Shown one piece after another: positions 32,609 to 41,527 of a stretch of 64,000 bases of DNA. The translations under genes and the position numbers were made by a program. Position 1 is the stretch's first letter. Every line of letters starts with the position of its first letter. The stretch is taken from NCBI GenBank assembly GCA_031459625.1, contig JAVKIH010000007.1, positions 1 through 64,000 on the forward strand. Direction: 5' to 3'. The notes beneath the pieces were generated by a model. That model did not search any database. It saw only the letters and a list, made by a program, of their open reading frames with translations, and had not been told where the DNA came from. The stretch is from Candidatus Geohabitans tengchongensis (GTDB lineage: Bacteria; Sysuimicrobiota; Sysuimicrobiia; Sysuimicrobiales; Humicultoraceae).

Positions 32609-33319
32609 CTACCCGACCGGCTCCGGAGCGGCCGCCCCGCGCCCCCGCAGGATGGCTTCCGCCAGCCGCAGGTCGTCCGGGGTGGCGATCTTGAGGTTGT
32701 CGGGCGAGCCCTCGACCACGGCCGGCGCGTAGCCCATGGCCTCCACCAGGGCGGCGTCGTCGGTGGCCAGCAGTCCCGTGGCCCGCGCGTAGGCATGCGC
32801 CTGCCGCAGCAAGTCGGCGCGGAAGGCCTGCGGGGTCTGGGCCAGCCACAGCGACGAGCGGTCCAGGGTGCGGGTCACCCGGTCCCCCTCGACGACCTTG
32901 ACCGTCTCCGCCACCTTCGTGGCCAGCAGCGCCGCGCCGGTCGTCCGGGCCGCCGCCACCACACGGGCGATGGCTTCCGGCGTCACCAGCGGGCGGACGC
33001 CGTCGTGCACGGCCACCACGGCGACGTCTGGAGGCAGTGCGGCCACGCCCAGCCCCACCGACGCCTGCCGCGTCGGCCCCCCGGCGACCACACGCATGAC
33101 CTTGCGGCAGGCCGCCGCCCGGGCCAGCGCCCACGCGCGCTCGACGTCCTGGCCGCGGACGACCAGCACCACGGCCTCGACGGCCTGGCAGCGCTCGAAG
33201 GCGGTCAGGGTGTGGAGGAGGATCGGCTGCCCGGCCAGCAGGCGGAAGGGCTTGGCCTCGCCGGGACCCATGCGGGTCCCGTCGCCGGCAGCCACGATGA
33301 GGGCGCACATCTCGGGCAC
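32609..33319 (-). CDS. ispD: MEP cytidylyltransferase
   Basis: AAGDGTRM, GGPTRQASV, VHDGVRP, QTPQAF, TDDA, NLKIATPDD; GTG start 7 nt after TGcTATGCT. Confidence 0.94.
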   Translation of the reverse strand: MPEMCALIVAAGDGTRMGPGEAKPFRLLAGQPILLHTLTAFERCQAVEAVVLVVRGQDVERAWALARAAACRKVMRVVAGGPTRQASVGLGVAALPPDVAVVAVHDGVRPLVTPEAIARVVAAARTTGAALLATKVAETVKVVEGDRVTRTLDRSSLWLAQTPQAFRADLLRQAHAYARATGLLATDDAALVEAMGYAPAVVEGSPDNLKIATPDDLRLAEAILRGRGAAAPEPVG

Positions 33320-33463
33320 GGCCCGTAGCATAGCAGGCCGCGCCGCGGTCGCCTATGCCAGAAGCACCGGGAGGGCCGCGGTCTCGTCGCCACGACGCGC
33401 TCGCGCGCCCCCGGCGCCCGCCCGGGGGAGGGGGGACGTCGGGACCCGGGGCGCGGAGCCGCG

Positions 33464-33664
33464 TCAGGCTGAGGCCTGCGGCCCCCCGCGATCGGTCCTT
33501 GGGGTGTGGGGTTCCTCCTCCTCGGCATCGCGCAGAGCCTGCCGGAACTCCCGCAGGGCCCGGCCTAGCGAGGCGCCGAGGCCCGTGAGGCGCTGCGGGC
33601 CGAAGACCAGCAGGAGGACCAGCAGGATCACCGTCAGCTCCATCCATCCGACGTTCGGCAGCAT
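33464..33664 (-). CDS. tatA: Twin-arginine translocase TatA/E subunit
   Basis: GWMEL-TM-FGPQRL...LGRALREFR. Confidence 0.9.
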   Translation of the reverse strand: MLPNVGWMELTVILLVLLLVFGPQRLTGLGASLGRALREFRQALRDAEEEEPHTPRTDRGGPQASA

Positions 33665-33689
33665 GCGCTCCGTCCTCCCCTCGGCGGCG

Positions 33690-34760
33690 TCAGGGCGTGA
33701 AGCCCGGGAACCCGCGCTCGGCCAGCCACCCCAGGAGGCGGTCCCACGCCCGTGGCGGAGCGGCGATCCCCGTCCGATCGGCGGCGGCCAGCAGGCTGTC
33801 GGTACTCACCTCCCCGACCATCGTGAGGCGCCACCCGCCGTAGGCCCAGTGCACCAGGCGCTGCAGGCCGATGTCGTGCACCCACACCGCGCCGCCGGCG
33901 CGGTCCAGCCGGCGGCTACCAACCGGCGGCCGCGGCGACGCACCCGGCTCGCGCGAGACGAGCAGCGTGCTCGCGCCGTCGGAGTAGATCGTCTGCCAGG
34001 TGGGACGGGGACCGTCCAGCAGGTAGTCGGCCACGCGCCGGAAGCCCTCGGGGGTAGCGACGGTAAGCGAAGGCCGCCCCAGACGCCTCGCCGCCTCTTC
34101 GGGGGTGACCGCGCGTGCGGCGGGGCGGCGCTTCAGGCGCAGGTCGGGAGGCGGACCGACCCGCGCCGCCCAGCCGGCCGGCAGCAGCTCCAGCGACAGG
34201 AACGCCGTCAGCTGCACCAGGCGGCCGTCGGGGCTCACGCGCTCGGAGCGCAGCGCCAGCCCCGTCGTCCGGTCCACGTCGATCCGCCGCGTCGGACGGT
34301 CCCCGCTGCGCGGCCGCAGCTCGATCCGGTCCACCGGCCGGCCCAGCAAGGTCGCCGTCCCGCGGACCACCGTGTAGTTGTCCTGCAGCAGCGGCAGATG
34401 CCCTGTCGCAAAGTCATCGTCGAGCTGCTCGGCCGGGTCGCGGGACGACCAGGTCCCGCGGCGGGTGGCGGGGTCGTAGCGGATCACCTCGTGGGCGCGG
34501 CGCAGGACCACCCACCGGCGGGCCGTCCCCACGGGGCGGTACTCCAAGCGGGTCCACCCCTGCGGATCGTGCTCGACGCGCACCAGCGTCACCTGGACCC
34601 CCCCGCCCAGGTGCGTGGCCACCAGCTGCTCTCCCCGGTACGCCACATCCGTTGCGGCCCGGGCGGCGCGGATCAACGGTGCCGCCGGCGGCGACGCCCG
34701 CACGGGTGCGGCCGGGGCCAGCAGCAGGAAGGCCACGGCCACCGACAGCAGCGGGATCAC
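33690..34760 (-). CDS. Exported RseB/MucB-like sigma regulatory protein
   Basis: Signal peptide; Y-x-G, LGR-x-V-x-x-I-x-L-x-P, VD-x-x-TGL-x-LR, YSDG; follows the anti-sigma gene. Confidence 0.7.
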   Translation of the reverse strand: MIPLLSVAVAFLLLAPAAPVRASPPAAPLIRAARAATDVAYRGEQLVATHLGGGVQVTLVRVEHDPQGWTRLEYRPVGTARRWVVLRRAHEVIRYDPATRRGTWSSRDPAEQLDDDFATGHLPLLQDNYTVVRGTATLLGRPVDRIELRPRSGDRPTRRIDVDRTTGLALRSERVSPDGRLVQLTAFLSLELLPAGWAARVGPPPDLRLKRRPAARAVTPEEAARRLGRPSLTVATPEGFRRVADYLLDGPRPTWQTIYSDGASTLLVSREPGASPRPPVGSRRLDRAGGAVWVHDIGLQRLVHWAYGGWRLTMVGEVSTDSLLAAADRTGIAAPPRAWDRLLGWLAERGFPGFTP

Positions 34761-35215
34761 GGCCGTTCCCCCCTGAGGCCGTGGAGCGGCTCGTACGGCC
34801 ACGCGTCTGTCAGGTACCCGGCCAGGGTGATGTCGGCCAGGGGGTGGAGCATGGAAGCCTCGGCGTGTTGTCGGAAGTGCGCGCCGGGCAGGGTGCGTTC
34901 CGCCCCGCGGTCCACGGGCAGGTTCAGCGCGAGGGCCAGCAGCGCCCCCGCACAGGCCGCGGCCACCATCCACCGGAGGCGCGTCCTCCGCCGCCGCCTG
35001 GCCGCGATGCGCGCCAGCACCTTCGGCAGCACCCACGGAGGGGGTTCCGGGTCGGGGAGGGCGCGGAGGAGCCGGCGGACGGCGGTCAGGTCTTCCAGGA
35101 CGCCGTGACAGGCCCGGCAGGCGGCCAGGTGGGCGGCCACCCCGGTGGCCTCCTCCGACGGCAGCGTCCCGTCGAGGTAGGCGGTGAGCCGGTCGCCCGG
35201 GTGGCCGTCCGTCAC
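34757..35215 (-). CDS. Zinc-binding (zf-HC2) transmembrane anti-sigma factor
   Basis: LTAYLDG...HLAACRAC (HxxxCxxC) followed by one TM. Confidence 0.88.
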   Translation of the reverse strand: MTDGHPGDRLTAYLDGTLPSEEATGVAAHLAACRACHGVLEDLTAVRRLLRALPDPEPPPWVLPKVLARIAARRRRRTRLRWMVAAACAGALLALALNLPVDRGAERTLPGAHFRQHAEASMLHPLADITLAGYLTDAWPYEPLHGLRGERP

Positions 35216-35802
35216 GCCTCTTCCCGCCTCAGCGCGTCCACGTAGGGGCGCAGCCACTCCCGCAGCGCCAGGCGGCCCCGGTGCAGTCGGGAGCGGAGTG
35301 TGCCCACGGGGCAGTGGAGGATGGCCGCCGCGTCGTCGTAGGGCAGGCCCTCCAGGTCGACCAGGACGACTGCCGCGCGGTACTCGGCAGGGAGGGCGGC
35401 CAGCGCCCGGCGCACCGGGCCGTCCAACGCCTGCAGCAGCGCTGCCTCGGGGTCGCCCTGCGCGCCGGCCGGCAGCGCGCCCTCCGGCAGGTCGTCCAGG
35501 GAGAAGACCTTGCGGCGCTCCCGCCGGGTTCGGTCGAGGAACGTCGTGTAGAGGATGCGCATGAACCAGCGGTCGAACCGCGTGCCCGGCCTGAACCGGC
35601 TGAAGGCGAGGAAGGCTTCCTCCGCGGCCTGCTGCATCAGCTCCTCCGCCTCGTCGGCACGCCCGGCCAGCCGGTAGGCGAACCGGTAGGCCTGCGGCCA
35701 GTGCCGCGACAGCAGGGCGGCAAAGTCGCGGGGCGTCGCCTCTCCCGCCGCCCCTCCGGCATCCTCCGGCACCGGCCGCGCCCGCGCCCAGGCGTCCTTC
35801 AC
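35212..35802 (-). CDS. ECF RNA polymerase sigma factor
   Basis: Region 2 AEELMQ...FDRWFMRI; region 4 LPAEYRAAVVLVDLEG...GTLRSRLHRGR. Confidence 0.92.
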   Translation of the reverse strand: MKDAWARARPVPEDAGGAAGEATPRDFAALLSRHWPQAYRFAYRLAGRADEAEELMQQAAEEAFLAFSRFRPGTRFDRWFMRILYTTFLDRTRRERRKVFSLDDLPEGALPAGAQGDPEAALLQALDGPVRRALAALPAEYRAAVVLVDLEGLPYDDAAAILHCPVGTLRSRLHRGRLALREWLRPYVDALRREEA

Positions 35803-35855
35803 CGACCGCCCACACGAGGGTGGTGGGCGCGGCGGACCCGCGCCCACCCGTCACC

Positions 35856-36227
35856 TCACTTCAGGATCGTCACCGTCACCGCCTCGAAGCCGGCCGGCTT
35901 GTACTCCCCCGCCACCCGGAGGAGCTCTCCGGCCTTCAGCGCGCTCTTGTTCACCGCCTTGCCCTTCAGCAGGAACCGGGTTCGCGCGCGCTCGGTGATG
36001 GTGAGGTGGTCCCCCACCTTGACCCCGGTGCCGCCGATGACCTTCGTGACGGTGATCTCGAAGGTGTCCCCGGAGACCTTGACGACCTTGCCCTCGACCA
36101 CGAAGGACCGGGGCCGGGGCTGCGCGGCCGCCGGGGCCTTGGTGGCCGGGGCGGCGGCCAGGGCGGACGGGACGGCGAGGGCCAGGACAGCCACACCGAT
36201 CACGGAGAGCACGAGCGCATGCCGCAT
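35856..36227 (-). CDS. Small exported Lys-rich beta/OB-fold-like protein
   Basis: GGAGG RBS; signal peptide; V-x-GKV-x-KV...LKAG-x-x-x-RV-x-G pattern. Confidence 0.7.
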   Translation of the reverse strand: MRHALVLSVIGVAVLALAVPSALAAAPATKAPAAAQPRPRSFVVEGKVVKVSGDTFEITVTKVIGGTGVKVGDHLTITERARTRFLLKGKAVNKSALKAGELLRVAGEYKPAGFEAVTVTILK

Positions 36228-36338
36228 CGGTCATCCCTCCTCGCAGCAGGGTCTCACCCTGCAAGCGCGCGAGGCGGGCAGGGAGTTCCCGGTGGGAAGG
36301 GCGGTGAGGTCGGGTCGAGTCGGCCGGTCGCTGCCCGC

Positions 36339-36776
36339 TCAGGGCCGTGCGGCCGGACGCGTCCGGTCGAGGTAGGTCTGCAGCACCCTGGCCGCCTCGT
36401 CGTGCCGCTCCGCCATGAAGAGGGCGTCGTGGAGGACCAGGTAGGCCGACAGCCAGGCCGGATCGCGCTGCACCGCCTCCCGCAGGGACGCGATCGCCCG
36501 GGGGAGGTAGCCGGCGGCGTAGGGAGCGAGGCCGGCCCGCCAGAGGCGGTAGGCGTGGAAGTAGGCCACGCCCAGCCAGTAATGGGCGCGGGCGTTGGCC
36601 GGGTTGGCGGTGATGGCCGCCTGGTAGGGCTGGATGGCCTGCTGGAACGCCGCCTCGCTGGCGTAGACGCGGCTGGTGTCGAAAGGCGGCACGGCGGACG
36701 GCGCCTGAGCGGCGACCCGCCCGGCGGCGAGGGGAAGGAGCAGCAGCACGAGGAGCGCCGCGTGGGCGGAGCGCAC
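36339..36776 (-). CDS. Exported TPR-repeat protein; start approximate
   Basis: Signal peptide; TPR-like A-x-x-x-Y-x-x-AI-x-x-NP-x-NA-x-AHYWLG. Confidence 0.75.
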   Translation of the reverse strand: MRSAHAALLVLLLLPLAAGRVAAQAPSAVPPFDTSRVYASEAAFQQAIQPYQAAITANPANARAHYWLGVAYFHAYRLWRAGLAPYAAGYLPRAIASLREAVQRDPAWLSAYLVLHDALFMAERHDEAARVLQTYLDRTRPAARP

Positions 36777-36823
36777 GGGCCGGCGGGTCCCGGGCAGCAC
36801 GGCGAGTCGCCGCACCGCTCCGT

Positions 36824-37197
36824 CTACTGCACCGCGAAGGTCCACGACGCGCTCCACTGACGACCCCCGTTGGTGGCCGCCGCGGCCACCCGCCAGCGGT
36901 ACGAGGTGGCGCAGGCCAGGATGAGCGTCGCCGTGGGCGCGTCGGCATCGGTCTGCGCCGAGGTCACCAGGGCGCCGCTGGTGGCGTTGTAGACCTCGAT
37001 GACGTAGTGGTTCGCATTGGTCACGGGGCTCCACGAGAAGGCGAACGTCGCGCCACAGGGCAGCGTGGCCCCGCTGGGCGGGGAGATGAGCTGCGGCGCC
37101 TCCAGGAGCCACCCGGTGCCGAGTCCCACCAGGCTGCACGCGGAGAGCGTCAGGGCGAGAGTGGCAGAATGAAGGTGTGACGCCAGGAGCTGTGCAT
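36824..37197 (-). pseudogene. Lipoprotein with an Fn3/Ig-like domain; apparent 1-nt frameshift in the signal peptide
   Basis: GAGGTGG RBS and ATG 37197 give MHSSWRHTFIL in one frame; ATLALTLSAC lipobox and the P-x-LISP...FSWSPV...Y-x-WRV...WS domain are in another; span is 374 nt. Confidence 0.6.
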
Positions 37198-37239
37198 GGG
37201 TTGAACACCACCTCGGAGAAAGCTCCGGCCACGGCCGCC

Positions 37240-38910
37240 TCAGGGGCGGGGCGCCGGCGGGTCGACGACCTGCGGGGTGATGATGAAGATCACCTCGGTC
37301 TCCGTCCGGTCGGTCGTGGTGCGGCGGAAGAGGGAGCCGATCACCGGGATATCCCCCAGCAGCGGCACCCGCACGATGGTGCGCCGCTCCTGGGCGCTGA
37401 TCAGGCCGGCGATGACGATGGACTCGCCGCTGCGGGCCTGCACCACCGTATTGGCCCGGCGGGTGGAGAGGCGCGGTACCGGCCCCGCGGCGGTCTGCAG
37501 GAACTCGATCACCGAGCTGACCTCCGGCGTGATCTGGGTCGTGATGATCCCGTCGCGTCCCAGCCGCGGCGTGATCTCCAGCACGACCCCCACCGGCTTG
37601 AAGGTGAAGGTGATGCGGCCCTGGGCGTCCACCTGGGGGATGGGGATCTCCTCGCCCAGGTTGACCATCCCCTTGTTGCCGTCCAGGACGGCCAGCCGCG
37701 GCGCGGTGATCACGCGGGCGCGCCCGTCGCGGATGAGCGCCGTCAACCGGCCGAAGATGTCGAAGGTGGAGACGCCCACCGTGATCTGGTTCGGGAAAAC
37801 CCCCTGGATCTGGGTGATCGGCACCCCGGTCAGCCCCCAGTCCAGCCCGGCGTCCCGCAGGACGGTCGTGCTGATGTCCACCACGCGGGTCTCGATGAGG
37901 ATCTGGGCGATCTTGATGTCGAGGCTCTGCAGGATCTTCTGCACCTGCTCCTGCTGGCTCGGGGTCCCGAAGACCACCAGCGCGTTGGTGCGCGGGTCGA
38001 TGGCCACGCGGATCCCCGGCACCGCCGCGGCCACCGCCGCCCGCGCCTGATCGGCGTTGGCGAAGCCCAGCATGTAGACCACGGGCTCGGGCGCCTCCGG
38101 GGGCGGGGCCAGCTTCTCCGCCGACATGACGATGAGGTTGCGTCCCACCCGGCGGAAGCCCAGGTTGTTCGCCTCCAGGATGAAGCGCAGCGCCTCGTCG
38201 CAGGTGACCTCGACCAGCCGGACGGTGATGGTTCCGCGCACGGAGGCGTCGGTGACGATGTTGAAGCCGCACAGCTTGGCCAGCGCGGAGAGGACGTCGG
38301 CGATCTCGGTGTTGCGCAGGTCGAGGGTGATGCGACCGCCCTGGGCCGGCGGGGGCGGCTGCTGCGCCGGGGCCTGGGCCAGGCGCGGTCCGGACGCCGC
38401 GGCCACAGCCTGCCGGGGCGCCGTTGCGAGGGCGGGCGCCCGGGTCCCCGCCGTCGGGCGCGGGACGGCCAGGCGCGCCACCACGAGCCCCGGCCCCAGG
38501 GCCCGCACCTCATAGGCGGTGGGCGCGGCCAGGTCGACGGTGATGCGCACCACCGGCGGGGTGCGCTGCCACTGCCCGCTCCGCACCCGCCGCACCGGCC
38601 CCTGACCCACCTCGACCACGGCCGGCACGCCGTGGGCCAGGACCGCGCCGGGGAGGTCGACGACCAGGCGGGTGGGGGCGTCGAGCGTGGTGGTCGTGAA
38701 GGTCAGCCGCCCCGTGGCGCTCACCGCCACCTGGACGATGCCGGGGAAGGCTTTCACCGTCACCCCGGTGACCCGGGCGGCCGCGGCCTGGGCCGGCCAG
38801 GCCGGCGCACCGATCAGCAGCGCCAGCGCCAGGCAGGCCACGGCGAGGCGCGTGCGGTGGCGCGTCGTCAGGAACCCCTTACGAGCCACGGACCAGGGAG
38901 TGGGCGACAT
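37240..38910 (-). CDS. pilQ: Type IV pilus secretin with an N-terminal AMIN domain
   Basis: AMIN (PTRLVVDL, VRITVDL), N0 (ITLDLRN), N3 (IDPRTNALVV), secretin core QILIE, LEITPR, IAGLI, VPLLGDIPVIGSLF. Confidence 0.92.
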   Translation of the reverse strand: MSPTPWSVARKGFLTTRHRTRLAVACLALALLIGAPAWPAQAAAARVTGVTVKAFPGIVQVAVSATGRLTFTTTTLDAPTRLVVDLPGAVLAHGVPAVVEVGQGPVRRVRSGQWQRTPPVVRITVDLAAPTAYEVRALGPGLVVARLAVPRPTAGTRAPALATAPRQAVAAASGPRLAQAPAQQPPPPAQGGRITLDLRNTEIADVLSALAKLCGFNIVTDASVRGTITVRLVEVTCDEALRFILEANNLGFRRVGRNLIVMSAEKLAPPPEAPEPVVYMLGFANADQARAAVAAAVPGIRVAIDPRTNALVVFGTPSQQEQVQKILQSLDIKIAQILIETRVVDISTTVLRDAGLDWGLTGVPITQIQGVFPNQITVGVSTFDIFGRLTALIRDGRARVITAPRLAVLDGNKGMVNLGEEIPIPQVDAQGRITFTFKPVGVVLEITPRLGRDGIITTQITPEVSSVIEFLQTAAGPVPRLSTRRANTVVQARSGESIVIAGLISAQERRTIVRVPLLGDIPVIGSLFRRTTTDRTETEVIFIITPQVVDPPAPRP

Positions 38911-39574
38911 AGGGTGGGTTCACCTCTTCGGCACGCAGTTCGAAGTTCTCGCCGTCTTCCTGCAGGATGACGATGCCGTTGGTCGCGTCGATCTTGATCA
39001 CGCGGACGCGGTCCTCGATCAGCTCGCCCACGGACACGATCCACGTGCGGTTGCTCACCCGGATGATGGCCACACCCCCGCCATCCCCCAGCACGCCGAC
39101 GAGCTCCGCCCCGGCGGCGAGCCGCTGCGGAGACGGCGGGGCAGTGGGAGCCTCAGGGACGGGAGCCGGCGGCGACCCGGGCGCCGCCGGCGGCTCCGGG
39201 CTGGGGAAGAGCGGCGGGGGCAGCGGTGCCGGCGGAGGGACCGGTGCCGGTCGCACGGGCGCCGCCGCGGCCGCGGTCTGCGGCTTCACCAGCGGGGCGA
39301 AGGGGTCGGCCCGCCCGGCCGCCTGGGGAGGCGGCGGCGGTGGGACGGCCGCCGGTGTAGGCGGCGGCGGCATCACGCCGCCGCCGGGGCCTGGGGAAGC
39401 AGCGGCGGGTGCAGGAGCCGGCGCGGGGGAGGGCGCCGAGCCGACCACGGCCGATCCCCCGGTGGGCGGTTGAGCCCCGCCGGTCAGCAACAGGTAGGCG
39501 ATCCCCACGACGAGCACCCCGATGATGCCCGCCATCGCGGGGTTGCGCCGGACGTAGGAGAGTAGGCGATCCAT
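38879..39574 (-). CDS. Pro-rich PilP/GspC-like membrane-anchored protein
   Basis: N-terminal TM; GR-x-DPF motif; C-terminal LVGVL...AII...VGE-x-I...V-x-x-I domain; directly upstream of the secretin. Confidence 0.7.
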   Translation of the reverse strand: MDRLLSYVRRNPAMAGIIGVLVVGIAYLLLTGGAQPPTGGSAVVGSAPSPAPAPAPAAASPGPGGGVMPPPPTPAAVPPPPPPQAAGRADPFAPLVKPQTAAAAAPVRPAPVPPPAPLPPPLFPSPEPPAAPGSPPAPVPEAPTAPPSPQRLAAGAELVGVLGDGGGVAIIRVSNRTWIVSVGELIEDRVRVIKIDATNGIVILQEDGENFELRAEEVNPPYVAHSLVRGS

Positions 39575-39787
39575 CAGGCAGGCTCCTCTGTCGACCGAGT
39601 GGTCGTGACCCCGGCAGGGGGCTCGGGGCGTCTCCGGCTCTTCGTGACCGGGATCACCCGGCCACCGACAGCCGTGGCGGTCCGTGGCCGTACTCGTTCC
39701 CGCGATACCCAAAAGTAATTCGGTCTAGACGCACTGTGATCCTGCATTTGACGCCTCTCCGCACGCGGTTCCCGCTCTTCCGCCGTC

Positions 39788-40534
39788 TCACCCGAAGTAC
39801 CACCGGACGAGGGAGGCCCCCCAGAACAGCCCTGCCAGGCTGCCGAGCGCGAGGAAGGGGCCGAAGGGGATGGCGTCCTTCCGCCGGCGTAGTCCCAGCA
39901 GGATCAGGGCGATGCCCACGAGCCCCCCGGCGAGGAAGCTGAGGAAGAGGGCAGCGGCGATGGTCGGCCATCCCAGGAAGAGGCCCATCACGGCGGCCAG
40001 CTTGACGTCACCGCCGCCCATCCCGCCCCGGCTGACCACAGCGACGGCCAGGAAGAACGCTCCGGCCCCCACGCCGGCCAGGACCCGCTCCGCCAGGGCG
40101 GCGGGGCCGTCGGGCAGCGCCAGCAGCAGGCCCGCGGCCATCCCCGGGTAGGTCACGGCGTTGGGGATCAGCCGGTGGTCCAGGTCGACGAACACGACGA
40201 CCACCAGGATCAGCACGAAGAGGGCGGCGCGCAGGCCCTCCCAGGTGGGGCCGAAGGCCCGCCAGACCGCCACGAAGAGCAGGGCCGTCAGCGCCTCCAC
40301 CAGCGGGTAGCGCCACGAGATGGCCGTCCCGCAGTGGCGGCAGCGGCCCCGCAGCAGGAGGAAGCTGAGGAGCGGCACGTTGTCCCGCGCGGCGATGGGG
40401 TGGCCGCAGGCCGGACAGCGCGAGCGCGGGGCCACCACCGACTCCCGGCGCGGCACCCGATAGATCACCACGTTGGCGAAGGAGCCCACCATGGCTCCCA
40501 CCACCGCCGCCACCAGCCCCTGCACGGCCGTCAT
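39788..40534 (-). CDS. pilD: Prepilin peptidase/N-methyltransferase
   Basis: GSFANVVIYRVP, CPAC...CRHC, RYPLVE, DL, GMGGGDVKL, IPFGPFL. Confidence 0.96.
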   Translation of the reverse strand: MTAVQGLVAAVVGAMVGSFANVVIYRVPRRESVVAPRSRCPACGHPIAARDNVPLLSFLLLRGRCRHCGTAISWRYPLVEALTALLFVAVWRAFGPTWEGLRAALFVLILVVVVFVDLDHRLIPNAVTYPGMAAGLLLALPDGPAALAERVLAGVGAGAFFLAVAVVSRGGMGGGDVKLAAVMGLFLGWPTIAAALFLSFLAGGLVGIALILLGLRRRKDAIPFGPFLALGSLAGLFWGASLVRWYFG

Positions 40535-40795
40535 CCGTCCTTCCGGTCCTCCTTTCCCATCGGCCCGCCCGGGCCGGTTTGCGGGTGTCGCCGCGCCCCT
40601 CCCGAGCCCGGGCCTCCCCTCCCGCACCGGGGCCTCCGCCAGCCGGAGGGGCAGGAAACCGCCTCAGCCGACACGAAACGGGGCACATACATCGATGGTG
40701 CAGGGTACGGGCCCCGGACTCGTGCCCTGTGACGACGGACCGCTCGATCCGCAGCCCGCGCGCGCCGGGCTGCCCGACGCAGAGGAGGCTCACCC

Positions 40796-41449
40796 GTGCG
40801 ACTCGCCGCTGTCGGTCTTGCGATCGGAGCGATTCTCGGGGGTTCGCTCCCCCTCCTGGCCCAGCAGCCGCCCGTCGCTCCCTCCCCCGTGCTCATCGTG
40901 CCCGGCCACAGCGTGGCCGGCGTCGTCCTGGGCCGCTCGGTGCGGTCGGTGATCGCCCGGCTCGGCCCGCCGGCGGAGATGCGCACGGTGCGGGAGGGGA
41001 CGCTCCTCCTCTTCACCCGCTTCGGCATCACCGTCTACGCCGACGGGGACACCATCACCGCCGTCTCCGCCTCCAACAGCCTCCTGCGCACCCCGGAGGG
41101 GATCGGGCTCGGGGTGAGCGAGGCGGAGGTGCGCCGGGTGTACGGCGCGCAGTTCAGCCCGGCCGTGGTCGAGGGCCTGGCCGGCATCGCCTACGACCAC
41201 CTGGGCCTGGCCTTCGGCTTCGAGCGGGGCAGCGTAGCCGTCATCCTGGTCTACCCGCCGCGCACCGAGGCGCACGCGGCCTTCGTCTCGCTGCCGCGGG
41301 TGGAGACCCTCAAGCCCTTCTCGCCGGAGACGCGGTTCATGTCGCTGGCCGGGTACCTGCGCTACCTGGTCTTCGAGCAGAGCGGCATCTGGCTCTCCTA
41401 CGCCGAGGCGGGACGGATCATCCGCGAGCAGGCGCAGGTGCGGGGCTGA
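40796..41449 (+). CDS. Exported hypothetical protein
   Basis: GAGGAGG RBS; signal peptide; IVPG-x-SVAGV-x-LG and T-x-EGIGLG-x-S-x-x-EV-x-x-x-YG internal pattern. Confidence 0.75.
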   Translation: MRLAAVGLAIGAILGGSLPLLAQQPPVAPSPVLIVPGHSVAGVVLGRSVRSVIARLGPPAEMRTVREGTLLLFTRFGITVYADGDTITAVSASNSLLRTPEGIGLGVSEAEVRRVYGAQFSPAVVEGLAGIAYDHLGLAFGFERGSVAVILVYPPRTEAHAAFVSLPRVETLKPFSPETRFMSLAGYLRYLVFEQSGIWLSYAEAGRIIREQAQVRG

Positions 41450-41527
41450 GCGTCGGGGCCTGGGGGAGCCTCTAAGCCCCGGCAGGCCGCCAGGTTGCTG
41501 CGCCGCTCCCGCGGGAGCGGCGCGAGG

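Noticed and set aside
36270..36290. GGAACT as the -35 of an autoregulatory ECF promoter
   Set aside because: No convincing -10 element at 16-17 nt
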